Assembly (NCBI GenBank): GCA_965644295.1 | Contig: CBFFRP010000172.1 | Location: 2,326-66,325 of the forward strand | DNA from: Paraphysomonas bandaiensis | Lineage: Eukaryota; Protista; Chrysophyceae | Length of the DNA stretch: 64,000 nt | Direction: 5' to 3' | In this document: positions 49,967-63,019 of the stretch, in pieces | Position numbering within the stretch: position 1 is the first letter of the stretch | Layout: every line of letters starts with the position of its first letter | Notes under the pieces: generated by a model | What the model was told of the DNA's origin: nothing | What the model saw: only the letters and a program-made list of their open reading frames with translations | Database searches by the model: none | Position numbers and translations under genes: made by a program

Positions 49967-52685
49967 CTAACCACTTGGCACAGATTCGTCGTAAAAAAGG
50001 AATTCAACTATTGTCATCAGTAACAACGATAGAGCTACACTTATCACAAAATATGCAAACATTAAGTTGAAATCTATGCCACTACTAATAGATGGAATTT
50101 TTCCTTTATAAGATTTCGATTGCTCACTTACAGGTGCAATAGTTTCACTTTTGGAGGGGGATGATGTGGTCACACTGGCCCAGTTTTCCGCTAACACACG
50201 TTGTGTGTGTGACGAGTTCACTGCGAGTACAGAACCATCTGTTTCGGTTACATTGCAGCAATGCTTATTCAGCGCAAGTACTTTCTCAAGTCTGTGCAGT
50301 TCCTCAGTTGAATCTGTAGTGAGAAATCATACCTCAAAATTTAAAAATGGAAGAGTGTACCTTGAACAGGCCCAATATCCAACTCCTTTACTTTGCGCAA
50401 AGCCCTTTGGCTCTCAGCCCTGGCTTCCTCCCCTTCACCCATGCTGCAAGCCACAACAGCAACTAAACCCCAAGCATGTCTTAATCTTTCTCGCTGCTCT
50501 GTATCATGGTCTTTTCCTCCTTTCCCTGCAGAAAGACTATCGAATTGTACCACAGCTGCGCGGGCTTCCTCTATTGCGTACTTAATTTTTCCAGAACGCA
50601 TGTATGTATATGCAAGGTGAAAGTGGACATCTCCTTGTAACATTCTGTACGCCCGTGCCACCTCGCCTCCATCAATAACAAGAGACTCGAAGCGCAAATG
50701 CATAGTACCATCGCTACTACTGCGCAACCTGACGGTTCACATAATTAGTCAGAAAAGTGCATACACAGCATATAGTACGAACTCACTTGTCATACTCCTC
50801 CCTTAGGGAATGAGCCCGCTCTAGACATCTCTGGGCAGCTCCCCTACTACTGGCACATACACCTCTTAAGTAATGCAATCGAATCCCGTCCATATACAAC
50901 TCGTGTACATCTACCACCAGCTCATCATTCCCATTTTCTAACATAGTACGCTTCGTTTTCACTAGCAACTCTTCGCAGTGACGGGCTGCATATCCCATCA
51001 ACTCCACTGCTTGCAAAGAATTCTCAATGCCCTCGAAGTTCTCCGTGTGTAGTATGTTATCGTCAAGTACAAATGGTGATATTTTCGACAGCTTCATATA
51101 ATGCTCTCCACAGAGCTGATAGGTCTTGTAGGCATCCTTAAGACTTCCCAATCGCACGAACCTCTGCGCGATCTCACATAGTTGCACGAAAATATCGTCT
51201 AGCTCTTCTAGATCGCAACAGGAGGCACTTTGCATCACACAGCTCTTGGTAGTTAAAAAATACACCCCCAGATTACACTTGAGGATTGCTCCCTCTGCAG
51301 TATCTTCACCGCTAGCTTCAAGTTGGCTGAGAACCGACAGCGCCCCATCAACAGTGTCTAGCGCTTCAGTGGTTTGGTTGAGTGCAATATGTGCTTGAAC
51401 GAGGTACTTGTATGAATCTAACAGCACATCAGAGTTAGAAGGGTACCCTAAAGGAATTCGACCATCTGCAAGCAGAGTAGGAGCAGCAGCAACAACATTC
51501 TGAAAATGAGGAAGGGCTTTGAGAGGGTGCCCCATCAGGCAGAGACACCGGCCCACCCCAGCAGATGCAGCGGCATGATGTAGGTCGCTCTTTACTCCAA
51601 ACTTGGGGGATGACGAAAATGTTAGCACTCGAGAGAAAAGAGAATTAGCGCGAACAACCGCTTCTCTCGAATTCCGTTCGGTCTCAGCTGCAGCGGCATC
51701 CTCGTTCCTGTGAAAAAATTACTATAATAGGTCAATATACAACAGAAGTAGTCTACGCACTTCGGTTGCACGTAGCATTTCAATGATGCGTTTGCACTCA
51801 GCAACATCAGATCCATTGAACGTCGTGTCCTTTCAATAGACGTCTCATCATTGTCATTATTGCCAGAGCATGATATAAGTGATTCCGCGGCCTTCTCGTA
51901 CGAAACTGACGCCTGTCGTCAACATGACATATGACAAACCATATATATCGACTTCGCACCTTATCAAATGCTCGCATTCCATCCGCAGCTCTTGCAAGTC
52001 CCTCATACAATGACGAAACATCTCTTCCTGATTTGGCTACCAGGGCATCGGTGAACCACTTTCCCGCTTCCATCCACTGTTCTTCAGATAGCAGAGTCCA
52101 CCCATTCTTTCCATCATGAACACCTTTGGTTCGTCCAAACTTGGAGGCAATAACAGGCACACCAAGACGAGAGCAAGTTGAAGCGTGTAGATCAGTGTAA
52201 TCATCTAAGGATGAATCATCCAAGTCGCAACGATGTTCGTGAATTATGTTTTGAATCTCACAGCTGAGGTTGTATGCGCGACAAGCATTCTCTCGACTGG
52301 AATCCGAGCGCATCAAAGCACTAGCAAGAAAGTAGGTGCATTTCATTTGCTGAATTGGTTGAAGTTGTCGGCATTCTTGGCGCATATTTTCACATACATC
52401 AATACACATATCGTACTCTGATAGTTTAATAAAACAGCAGGCAGCATTGAGCATACAAGACACTAATACATCACCACACTGTTCACTTATAGACTTCTCT
52501 TTAATAGTTCTCACTACATGCATATAGAGATCCGCTGCTTTCTTATAGCCATACTGTGTATTTCCCTCTACACATTCTTCAAAGCACTGATCGGCTGTTA
52601 GTTTAATGCGATGCAGGGATTCGATCTCATTACTGTCCTCTCCATCCGTACACTCATCGATATCGTCCCATTTCTTATAGTCCAT
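49967..52685 (-). CDS. TPR-repeat protein with C-terminal transmembrane anchor, multi-exon
   Basis: Start MDYKKWDDI. TPR-like helices (MLNAACCFIKLSEYDMCI, LYEGLARA, VHFHLAYTY). Terminal hydrophobic segment LMFAYFVISVALSLLLMTIVEFLF. Confidence 0.75.
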
Positions 52686-53208
52686 TGAGGATATATATAA
52701 AGGGTTATAGGTGATACAAGGAGGGGGAATGCATCTTAATTTGTGGGTGTATGAGCTGATTGTATGATCTCCAGGATCTCCACGACATGCTCACATAATG
52801 TGGCACACTGTTGTACTGTTGTATTGCTGTACTGTCGTACTGTCGTACACATCATACTGTGGTCGTACCACACATAATAAAATACAGTGCATATACAGTA
52901 CCATATACAGCAGTATCTGTAGAGTGGGGGTATACAGTAAAAAATACACCCGTAGTCCTGTAGTTTTCACATACGACCATATGGTCATATACACTCCCAA
53001 CCAGCAATACTCCACCCCATAGCATCGGATCCAAAATTTTGAGTGTATACCAGCCCCTTCGATACCCCCGGCACGAGGGGCTCGTTAGGCTCTAACTTCT
53101 ACTACGACTATTAGCTATGCCTTCCCCTGCACTTCTATATAATTGAATCCATACCTCATTCACGTACTAGATAATCACATATTGGCAAGGTAACATATCC
53201 AAGTTGTC

Positions 53209-56107
53209 ATGATGAAGTATTTTATCCCCATTGGGTTACTTGCCTTCATTACGGGTGTTAACTCAGTGACTGTGGATATGATTAATGGTACAGAAGTAGT
53301 TGATCCATGGCTTGAAACTGGATTTGTATCTATATCTGACAGATATTGGACAAGCGTTGAGACACTGGGCACTACATTCAAACCAGACTCTGTGATATTT
53401 GTCAGTTTACCTGATGTGGGTGGTCGGCACTATACGACTGGTACCCCTACCTCGATACGTATCACGAACAAAGTATATAATAATGGGGTGTATACATTTG
53501 ATATGAAACTCTTCCACCCGAATGATAGCTACTGCAGTAAAGAGTTTTATATTCCTAAATATCTGGAGAAACCTGTGTTAATTTCTTGGGTGGTAGCTAA
53601 CAAGGGTGTGTATAACATCAGTGGGCATCAGTTCGTGTTGGACAGTGGCCTCGTTAATCGTACGCACAACCTCCTTGCTGGTGTAGGCGATACAGTTGAT
53701 GTATTTAATTTTGAGTTCCCCACTGGATGCAATGCGAGCAATCCGAGTCAGATTTGCGCTTACCGCCAATCCCTTCCTCTTGAAAACCTAGGCGCTGTCT
53801 CTACTATTCAGACCTTTGTCAACGAGCACTATCTTCTGACACGTACATCCCGCATTAGGCGTCGTGATGTTACTATCATTCTCACACCTCATGACTCATC
53901 AGATCCTTCGTACTTTATGATGGGCGAACACGAGGAGGTTGCATATATGGTTTTCGAGACTGGAGTCGTAATTAGCTGTGTGGAACGTGTGACGTTCGAG
54001 ACGGTTCGATTCGACGATGTTACCAGTGAAGCTCTTTATTATTCTTATCACTTCTCCTATAAGTACGCCCCTGGTATTTACGGAAGTTTGATCAGTCAAA
54101 ATAGTCTTGTTGACTCTACTGGTGTTCGTGTTTTTGAGAGGACTGTGAGTGACGCTTATGTCATTACCCAGGAAGACCAATGTGTTGAGAATCAAACTAT
54201 TCATACGACTGAGGAATCCGTGGCTGCTCTTGTCGTTGGAGAGCTTTACAGTGCCGGAACTGAAGTGTGTGTGGTTAATTTCGTTCCACTTGAGTTTGGC
54301 TGTGACTATACAATACTCCTCTATGATTTGTTTGGAGATGGATGGGGAAATATTGAACTCGTTGTGACGACCGATGGTTTCAGTCGAAAATACTCCCCTG
54401 ATTGTAGCTGTCTTCAGATAGATATCTATTCTGATAGCTGTAATATTACTCTCAATATGACATCTGATGGAGACCCCATTGCTCCTTGGGAGGTGCTTTG
54501 GGTAACAGAGATTGGAGGGGAGACCTGGGTGGGTGATTTCGACTCAACTTTAAAGGCTAACAATCAAACTGTATGGTTTTATGACGACATGGTCGATTAC
54601 GATCCGGAGAGTGATGTTAATGCTTGTCACGAGTGCAAGCACCCTCCACCCAAACCGAAGCCTGGGCCTGGTGGGTCTAAAGGCAAGGACGATGACACAA
54701 CTACTGGTGATGATAAAACCACCCGTGATGATACCACCACTGGTGATGATGGTGCTGGCGATGATACTGTTGGTGATGATGCTGTTGGTGGTGATGACAC
54801 TGCTGCCGGTGATGATGGGGCTAGTGGTGGTGATGGCGACGGCAATGGCGAGGGCAGTGGAAAAGGTGCTGGTAAGGGTAAAGGGAAACGCCCTCCTGCG
54901 AAGGTTATCGTTGATCTATTCGATCATAAGAAGAATGGTGAGTATTTGTTTTCTTATGCTGCTGTTGTCTTACTTATGGAATTTAGGCTGGTACGATGAC
55001 AGTGGTGACTTCACTGATGTATGCGAAGGTGATGTTTGTGGGAGTCAGGAATGTGAAGATGAGGAAATTCAAGTTCCAAACATCCTCCACTATCCTCAGT
55101 ATTTCATAATGAATGAGGATCGCACCAAGCTGATCAAATCTGGAACCATATGCAGTGACAACCGCGGGGTTGAGTTTTGCGAGGAGGTATTGCCTCATGA
55201 TGGACGCTTCGTCTTCCGTGTGGCTGGCGAGAACCCACCGGGCGACAACGCTACTTGGTCTTTCTGTGGGCGCGATGGAGGGATTAAGGAAGAACTGCAG
55301 TTCAGCATGCGCGCGGGCAAGTGTCATCCAGGGGATCAGTTCACTGCAGATGACTACTGCTCCGGTGTTACCACACTTCTCAGTATTGGGGCAGTTCTCA
55401 CCATCACAGATGTGTCTGCTGGCACTCTCTCCGAGTTTGATACAAAGACATTACAGCAACAGCTTACAGCTGTGGTTCCTGTCGTTCGTAATGTGAAAAT
55501 ATCTTCATACCAGCTGTCCGGATCTAATATCGAAGTTCAGACAGTAATCGTTGTTGCGGTTGAGGACTATGGTCTTGACGGCACGATCTTTTCTAACAAA
55601 GAATCTGTCTTCAGCACTGTATCAGATGCTCTTGCTTCCCCGATATCTAGTGGAGCTTTCCTTTCTGTCCTCCAAAACTCACTACGAAATTCTCCCCAGG
55701 GTGCTTCTGACGTGTTGTTGAAGGCCACTTCTGTATCAATTGACACAGTGGAAATGTCATCCTATGAGTATGTCATGGGTATGAAGACTGACAGTGAAAC
55801 TACTGAGTCTGCTGTTGAGGAAGAGACTGTAACGTCATCATCTAAGTCTAATGTGAACAGCTCCCCAAGTGGCACTGTTCTAATCCTTTGTGGAGCTGTT
55901 GCTGGTGTTATTGCTGTAGCATTTGTGATCGCTAGAGCTGTTCGGAAATCGCGAATGGGCACCCCGAGTCACTTGCCCCTTCCCGACAACAGTGAACATG
56001 TTTCACTTGAATTCGATGACAACGCGGAGGAGGATACTATCCCTACGTTTGAGCTGAATGTCCAGGCGACGCAGCATTCATACTTTAAGTCTTCTGAGAG
56101 GGTTTAA
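53209..56107 (+). CDS. Type I membrane/cell-surface glycoprotein (2 exons)
   Basis: Signal peptide MKYFIPIGLLAFITGVNS, Cys-containing beta-rich ectodomain, Gly/Asp/Thr-rich linker, intron near 54938-54986, and TM VLILCGAVAGVIAVAFVIA followed by RAVRKSR. Confidence 0.85.
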
Positions 56108-56353
56108 TTGTGGTAGTGATATGTTGTAGCTAGTATTTAACAATTATTGAGATTAAGTAGCATCTTTTGATGGCTTGGCTGAGTTGAAATTGTGTGGGCT
56201 GTTTGGCGATGCTTGTTTCACAATATTCAGCTGGTAATAATCCAGTTTTTTAATGCAGCAACGAAATGAAATCTATTCAGCAGCACTTTATCTACATACC
56301 TATAGAAGTGGCGTGAACGTGATTAGTGAACTAATTATTACACTACGGCAAAT

Positions 56354-57405
56354 CAGGGCTAGGAAACAATATATTGCAATACTATTGATGGATATTTTAA
56401 ACAGGCCCAACAATACAATTACAATATATATTGCAATATATTACAGTTCGTTCACTCATAACTAACTGCTCCTAATATCAGCAAGTATATTTCTGTAGTA
56501 TGACTAATCAGTAAGTAAATGCATCCGTAGATTCCATTTTTAGTATTAGTCATTAAGATCACATAACAACCAAACCAGCTACTGCTTATAGCTAATAAAA
56601 ATCCACCTCATCCTTGTTCTCCGAGCATTCATCGGTGACGACAACATCACCATATGCATCTAGAATTAATTGAATTATGCTTGCATCCGGCCACAACTGT
56701 CGATTAGCTTTCAGAAACAACAGCATATTTAGTATTTAGTGTAGTAGGATGATAATAAGGTTAGCTGCGCTGAACAGGCGTTCCCATGTATTGGAAGTAC
56801 ATACTACATGACTCGTGGGCCTGTACTCTTAGATATTTCAACTCTTCGTGTCTTAATTTTTTGAGCTGACTGAAGAATTTTTTCAGCATATAGCCAACGT
56901 CAGCTTCATCATCTTCTATTTTGTTGCAATCACTGCTGAATGGAGATATACTCTAACAGCATCTTTCTCAGACCTTGTCAAATCAAATTCTTTGCCTGCT
57001 TGGATTTTTGCAATTCCATTATCAAAATTCGGATCATTAACAATGGAGCTGTGTTTCCCTAAAGCAGATAGGGGGTACCTTGCCCCGAAGTCCCTCAATA
57101 AGCCATTTTATTGTAACCATTTGATATCTTCTGCACTCGTACGCGCCCACAGACTTTGCATTCGTGTGTTGTTTGGTTCACCTTCAACAGGACTCCAAAA
57201 ACAGCGGTAAATATCTCTACTTTTGTATGCATTCATCGTACAGATGTCTCTTCTTATCACTATAGGATATATATACATTATATTAAGAGAATAACTGTAC
57301 ATACATGTGTAGGGGTGTACGTTTGATTGCAATATATTGCAATATATTGTGAGGCACCACCAATCAATGTATTATTGCAATACAATATATTGTTTCCTAG
57401 CCCTG
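56354..57405. mobile_element. Non-autonomous hAT element, family 1, copy C (longest transposase remnant)
   Basis: TIRs cagggctaggaaacaatatattg / caatatattgtttcctagccctg. Perfect TSD CGGCAAAT (56346-56353, 57406-57413). Minus-strand remnants SIVNDPNFDNGIAKIQAG..LTRSEK and TSNTWERLFSAA. Confidence 0.92.
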
Positions 57406-57555
57406 CGGCAAATATTGCATAGTTTGATGATCCATCGATATATAACGCAGTTACGACGGTACTCTAACTACTGAAACATGAATAAATTTATTAAGCTGTT
57501 CGGGATCCATATGCTCTCTAATCATATTGTACTATTATTTATTATTTATTCATCT

Positions 57556-57965
57556 CAGGGTTAGGCATGGCCTGGTAACCATTAAAGGTAATACCATTTT
57601 AAATACCGGGAACTGGGCAACCATTAATAGTTACCAGGCCCTGGGCTAGAGAGCAATATTTTGCAATACTATTATTAGTTGTTAGATAGCAGAGAGCGTC
57701 TCATCAACTATATTGATCAGAGCTTTGTAACCATTACCATTAGTGGCTCATTAATGGTAGTCCAGTTCCCGGCAACTATAATGGCATTAATGACAAATGT
57801 CCCGGCAATTATAATGGCATTACCATTACTGTCATTACCTTTAACAGCTACCAGGCCCTGATATTGATGGAGTTTTTAAACCGACACAACATGGTGGTAT
57901 CATTATTCAGTAATTTAACAGTTGCGTAGATTCCATTTTTAGTACTAGTCATTAAGTTCACATTA
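57556..57965. mobile_element. Truncated left end of a family 1 hAT carrying two nested family 2 MITEs (57566-57643 and 57718-57860)
   Basis: Host pieces cagggttagg...gcaatattttgcaatact...gttagatagc...tattgatggag...gtagattccatttttt. The second MITE has a perfect TSD ATATTGAT (57710-57717, 57861-57868). Confidence 0.8.
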
Positions 57966-58053
57966 TGAAATTTATCTCTATACGTTTCGTTCGTTGATGC
58001 TGTATAAGCATTTTTTATGTAGGTATAGAGTAGTATACAGTATACAGTAGGCG

Positions 58054-58387
58054 TTTACATTAGTAAAAAAGGTAACTATTTAGTAAAAAAACTAGTCATT
58101 AAATAGTTAGATTTTTAACATTACAATGACTACGTTGACTAGGTGGATGTAGGTGTTTATCTAATCATGACTAGGTTTAATACTATAATTGGCTAGGTTG
58201 AGTCATTTATTGCTTTGACTTTACATTAGTAAAAAAGGTAACTATTTAGTAAAAAAAACTAGTCATTAAATAGTTAGATTTTTAACATTACAATGACTAC
58301 GTTGACTAGGTGGATGTAGGTGTTTATCTAATCATGACTAGGTTTAATACTATAATTGGCTAGGTTGAGTCATTTATTGCTTTGACT
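58054..58387. repeat. Near-perfect tandem duplication of a ~166-bp AT-rich unit rich in tgacta motifs
   Basis: tttacattagtaaaaaaggtaac...tttattgctttgact occurs twice, differing by one A in a homopolymer. Confidence 0.9.
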
Positions 58388-58790
58388 AGGTTTTTACACC
58401 GAAAATAGTATGACTAGGAAATTCACCCAATTTGACTACGTTGAATAATATATCTCGAGATAACTTTTTTATTTCAGTTGAATAAATAGGACAATAATCA
58501 TTTACAGAATATGATATGATGGTTAAACCTTAAATTCATCAATACAAAATGATTCTTCGTTTATTATCATCTGGTGTGACTACGAGGGCTGTACTACTGT
58601 CGCGAAATCTTGCACGGAGTGCAATATACATGACCTGCATTCTATTGTTCCCTCGCTGTGCGTATATGAGGATTGCTTGTTCATGCAAAAAAAGTGGCAA
58701 ACAGGTGATTGACTCAGCCACAATGGTAATATATATAAGATGGGTCACTTATTACTATTGTCAGTACTCAAGCACATGATTGCTAGACAT

Positions 58791-59367
<577 letters not shown>

Positions 59368-59724
59368 TTATATGCCTCTTCGCTCAACTGACAGGTTAGC
59401 CAAAGTGACAAATATGTAACTTAGAAGCCACATACATACATACACATACCTACATTGGGGCTACTTGTATTCTCTCAAACCATTATTTGCTTTCTCCTCA
59501 TCGTATCTTCAATCGATTTTCAGTTCCACAAACTGAAAACTGGGGAGAATATGGACTCAGTTTATAATAATGCATCTATCCTCTACAAACACCATATCTG
59601 ACTTGGAGTGAAGTATCAGAAGAGTAACATCAGGCTCATTCATGTATCAAGTGACACTATAATGTGTTTATACTCCTAGATTATTGGTGTGGGATAACTA
59701 TATACATCACTGGTTGAAACTCTA

Positions 59725-62700
59725 ATGGATAGTACGTTAAATATTTCGCCGAATTTATATGCTCGTAGATTACTTCGAGATGGAGACTCATCCTTCAGAT
59801 GCGGTAATCTATCATCTGCGGAGAAGTGTTGGACTGATAGTATGAAATCTGCGTGTTCGTTTACTTGTTTTGATGCCGGTAAATATATTCCTTTATATAT
59901 CTGTGTATTGTAATGTAGGATGTCATGTGATTATAGGGACCATATTTACTGCTGGAGGAAAGTTGGCTCATTTATATCATTCACAAAATCGTGAAATTGA
60001 AAGAAATGTGTGCATACAACAGGCCATCGCAGCCTACGATAAGGTATTTTCTTCTGAAGAACATCCGAAAATTAAGGCCATGGTAAACTCCTTACATGCC
60101 ATGAAGTCAGTTCCTTGTACGGAATCCAGAAAGGTACCACCTATTAAGTCCACTGGGAATAGTGCTGCGGGCAAAATAATCTATTCGAAAGATGAATTGA
60201 TATCTATTCGTGATTCGAGTAGTCATTGTACCAGCATGAAATCGACTGGGAATAGCGTTATGAACAGAACAATCGATTGGAAAGATAAATTGATATCTAT
60301 TCGTGATTCGAGTATTCATGGTGCCAGCATGCAATCGACTGGGAATAGCGCTGCGGGCAAGTTAATCTACTCGAAAGATGAATTGATATCTATTCGTGAT
60401 TCGAGTAGTCATGGTGCCAGCATGAAATCGACTGGGAATAGCGTTATGAACAGAACAATCGATTGGAAAGATGAATTGATATCTATTCGTGATTCGAGTA
60501 TTCATGGTGCCAGCATGCAATCGACTGGGAATAGCGCTGCGGGCAAGTTAATCTACTCGAAAGATGAATTGATATCTATTCGTGATTCGAGTAGTCATGG
60601 TGCCAGCATGCAATCGACTGGGAATAGCGTTATGAACAGAACAATCGATTGGAAAGATGAATTGATATCTATTCGTGATTCGAGTATTCATGGTGCCAGC
60701 ATGCAATCGACTGGGAATAGCGCTGCGGGCAAGTTAATCTACTCGAAAGATGAATTGATATCTATTCGTGATTCGAGTAGTCATGGTGCCAGCATGCAAT
60801 CGACTGGGAATAGCGCTGCGGGCAAGTTAATCTACTCGAAAGATGAATTGATATCTATTCGTGATTCGAGTAGTCATGGTGCCAGCATGAAATCGACTGG
60901 GAATAGCGTTATGAACAGAACAATCGATTGGAAAGATGAATTGATATCTATTCGTGATTCGAGTATTCATGGTGCCAGCATGCAATCGACTGGGAATAGC
61001 GCTGCGGGCAAGTTAATCTACTCGAAAGATGAATTGATATCTATTCGTGATTCGAGTAGTCATGGTGCCAGCATGAAATCGACTGGGAATAGCGTTATGA
61101 ACAGAACAATCGATTGGAAAGATGAATTGATATCTATTCGTGATTCGAGTATTCATGGTGCCAGCATGCAATCGACTGGGAATAGCGCTGCGGGCAAGTT
61201 AATCTACTCGAAAGATGAATTGATATCTATTCGTGATTCGAGTAGTCATGGTGCCAGCATGCAATCGACTGGGAATAGCGTTATGAACAGAACAATCGAT
61301 TGGAAAGATGAATTGATATCTATTCGTGATTCGAGTATTCATGGTGCCAGCATGCAATCGACTGGGAATAGCGCTGCGGGCAAGTTAATCTACTCGAAAG
61401 ATGAATTGATATCTATTCGTGATTCGAGTAGTCATGGTGCCAGCATGCAATCGACTGGGAATAGCGCTGCGGGCAAGTTAATCTACTCGAAAGATGAATT
61501 GATATCTATTCGTGATTCGAGTAGTCATGGTGCCAGCATGAAATCGACTGGGAATAGCGTTATGAACAGAACAATCGATTGGAAAGATGAATTGATATCT
61601 ATTCGTGATTCGAGTATTCATGGTGCCAGCATGCAATCGACTGGGAATAGCGCTGCGGGCAAGTTAATCTACTCGAAAGATGAATTGATATCTATTCGTG
61701 ATTCGAGTAGTCATGGTACCACCATGCAATCGACTGGGAGTAGTTCTGCGGGCAAAATAATCTATTCGAAAGATGAATTGGTATCTATTCGTGATTCGAG
61801 TAGTCATTGTACCAGCATGCAATCGACTGGGAATAGCGCTGCGGGCAAGTTAATCTACTCGAAAGATGAATTGATATCTATTCGTGATTCGAGTAGTCAT
61901 GGTGCCAGCATGAAATCGACTGGGAATAGCGTTATGAACAGAACAATCGATTGGAAAGATGAATTGATATCTATTCGTGATTCGAGTATTCATGGTGCCA
62001 GCATGCAATCGACTGGGAATAGCGCTGCGGGCAAGTTAATCTACTCGAAAGATGAATTGATATCTATTCGTGATTCGAGTAGTCATGGTACCACCATGCA
62101 ATCGACTGGGAGTAGTTCTGCGGGCAAAATAATCTATTCGAAAGATGAATTGGTATCTATTCGTGATTCGAGTAGTCATGGTGCCAGCATGCAATCGACT
62201 GGGAATAGCGCTACGGGCAAGTTAATCTACTCGAAAGATGAATTGATATCTATTCGTGATTCGAATTGTCAATATCATCTGGAGCCGCCTCTGTATCGTG
62301 AAGTTATAGTTAGTGGGAAGAGAGGGCAGCGAAAACGGAATATGGTAGAAGGCTTTTGTGCTAGCATAAGGCATACAACTAACACTTCTGGGAATTCTTA
62401 CTTGTCAGACACAGAAAGGTTGGGATCGCCCTCCGAGGGTAATTCCTCTGTAACCCAAGCATGTAGTCGAAACACTACAGGGTGTGATGTCGTTGCCACC
62501 CCATCTGATATTGAGTCGATAAAAACACCTCAACCAGCTGAAAGTTTCCAAATAAATGACAGCCAACACACAAGAGGTGCGTCATCTGCCACGAATGCGC
62601 TGGATAAATGGGCAGCTGATCTTTCAAGCGGTTTGGCCCAAGCAGTTGGAGATGACCATATATTAGTGACTTACGATAGTGCTGATGATTCCATGGAAAG

Positions 62701-62731
62701 AAATGAAGTTGATAGTAGTGATGTGTTATAG
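59725..62731 (+). CDS. Tandem-repeat protein: short TPR-like N-terminus, 23 x 31-aa repeats (15 with a YxxxxL(phi) motif), acidic low-complexity tail
   Basis: Exon 1 (59725-59878) joins the 953-aa ORF through a phase-compatible GT-AG intron (59879 to 59918 or 59936). The frame stays open through the whole array. Confidence 0.75.
60149..62263 (+). repeat. Coding 93-bp minisatellite, 23 units, with higher-order structure
   Basis: Unit starts at 60149 and 62195 are exactly 22 x 93 bp apart. Two unit types: A (AAGKLIYSKDELISIR) and B (VMNRTIDWKDELISIR). Confidence 0.97.
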
Positions 62732-63019
62732 CCTGGTGGTGCATCCTAGCAATTGGCGCAATGCTGTTAATTTTCGCACACTTTTAGGTTATTATTTATC
62801 GGATTTGCTAGTGTTTATAATCTAATTTAAACTTATAGACCATACAATCGTTTCTAGTATGGCAGCACTTCATTCCGAAGGCAATACATAATTATGATAA
62901 CAGGTTAATTAGCGCTGTTGAAGTTATGAAGCATAAAACCATTTATGACAATGCATAGAGATGTGAGTTTAGTGTAGGTATAAAATTTAACATGGTCAAA
63001 CTAGTTGAATTACACACCA

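Noticed and set aside
54581-54986. 5' part of the 508-aa ORF (VMMLLVVM repeats)
   Set aside because: Alternate-frame reading of the GDD linker. Only the part after the intron acceptor (~54987) is the real second exon.
60149-62263. 93-bp array as a CRISPR array (constant part plus variable part)
   Set aside because: The variable segments are only two recurring types rather than unique spacers, the unit is an in-frame multiple of 3, the context is eukaryotic and there are no cas genes.
60149-62263. Repeated KDEL as an ER-retention signal
   Set aside because: KDEL functions only at the extreme C-terminus of luminal proteins. These copies are internal and the protein has no signal peptide.
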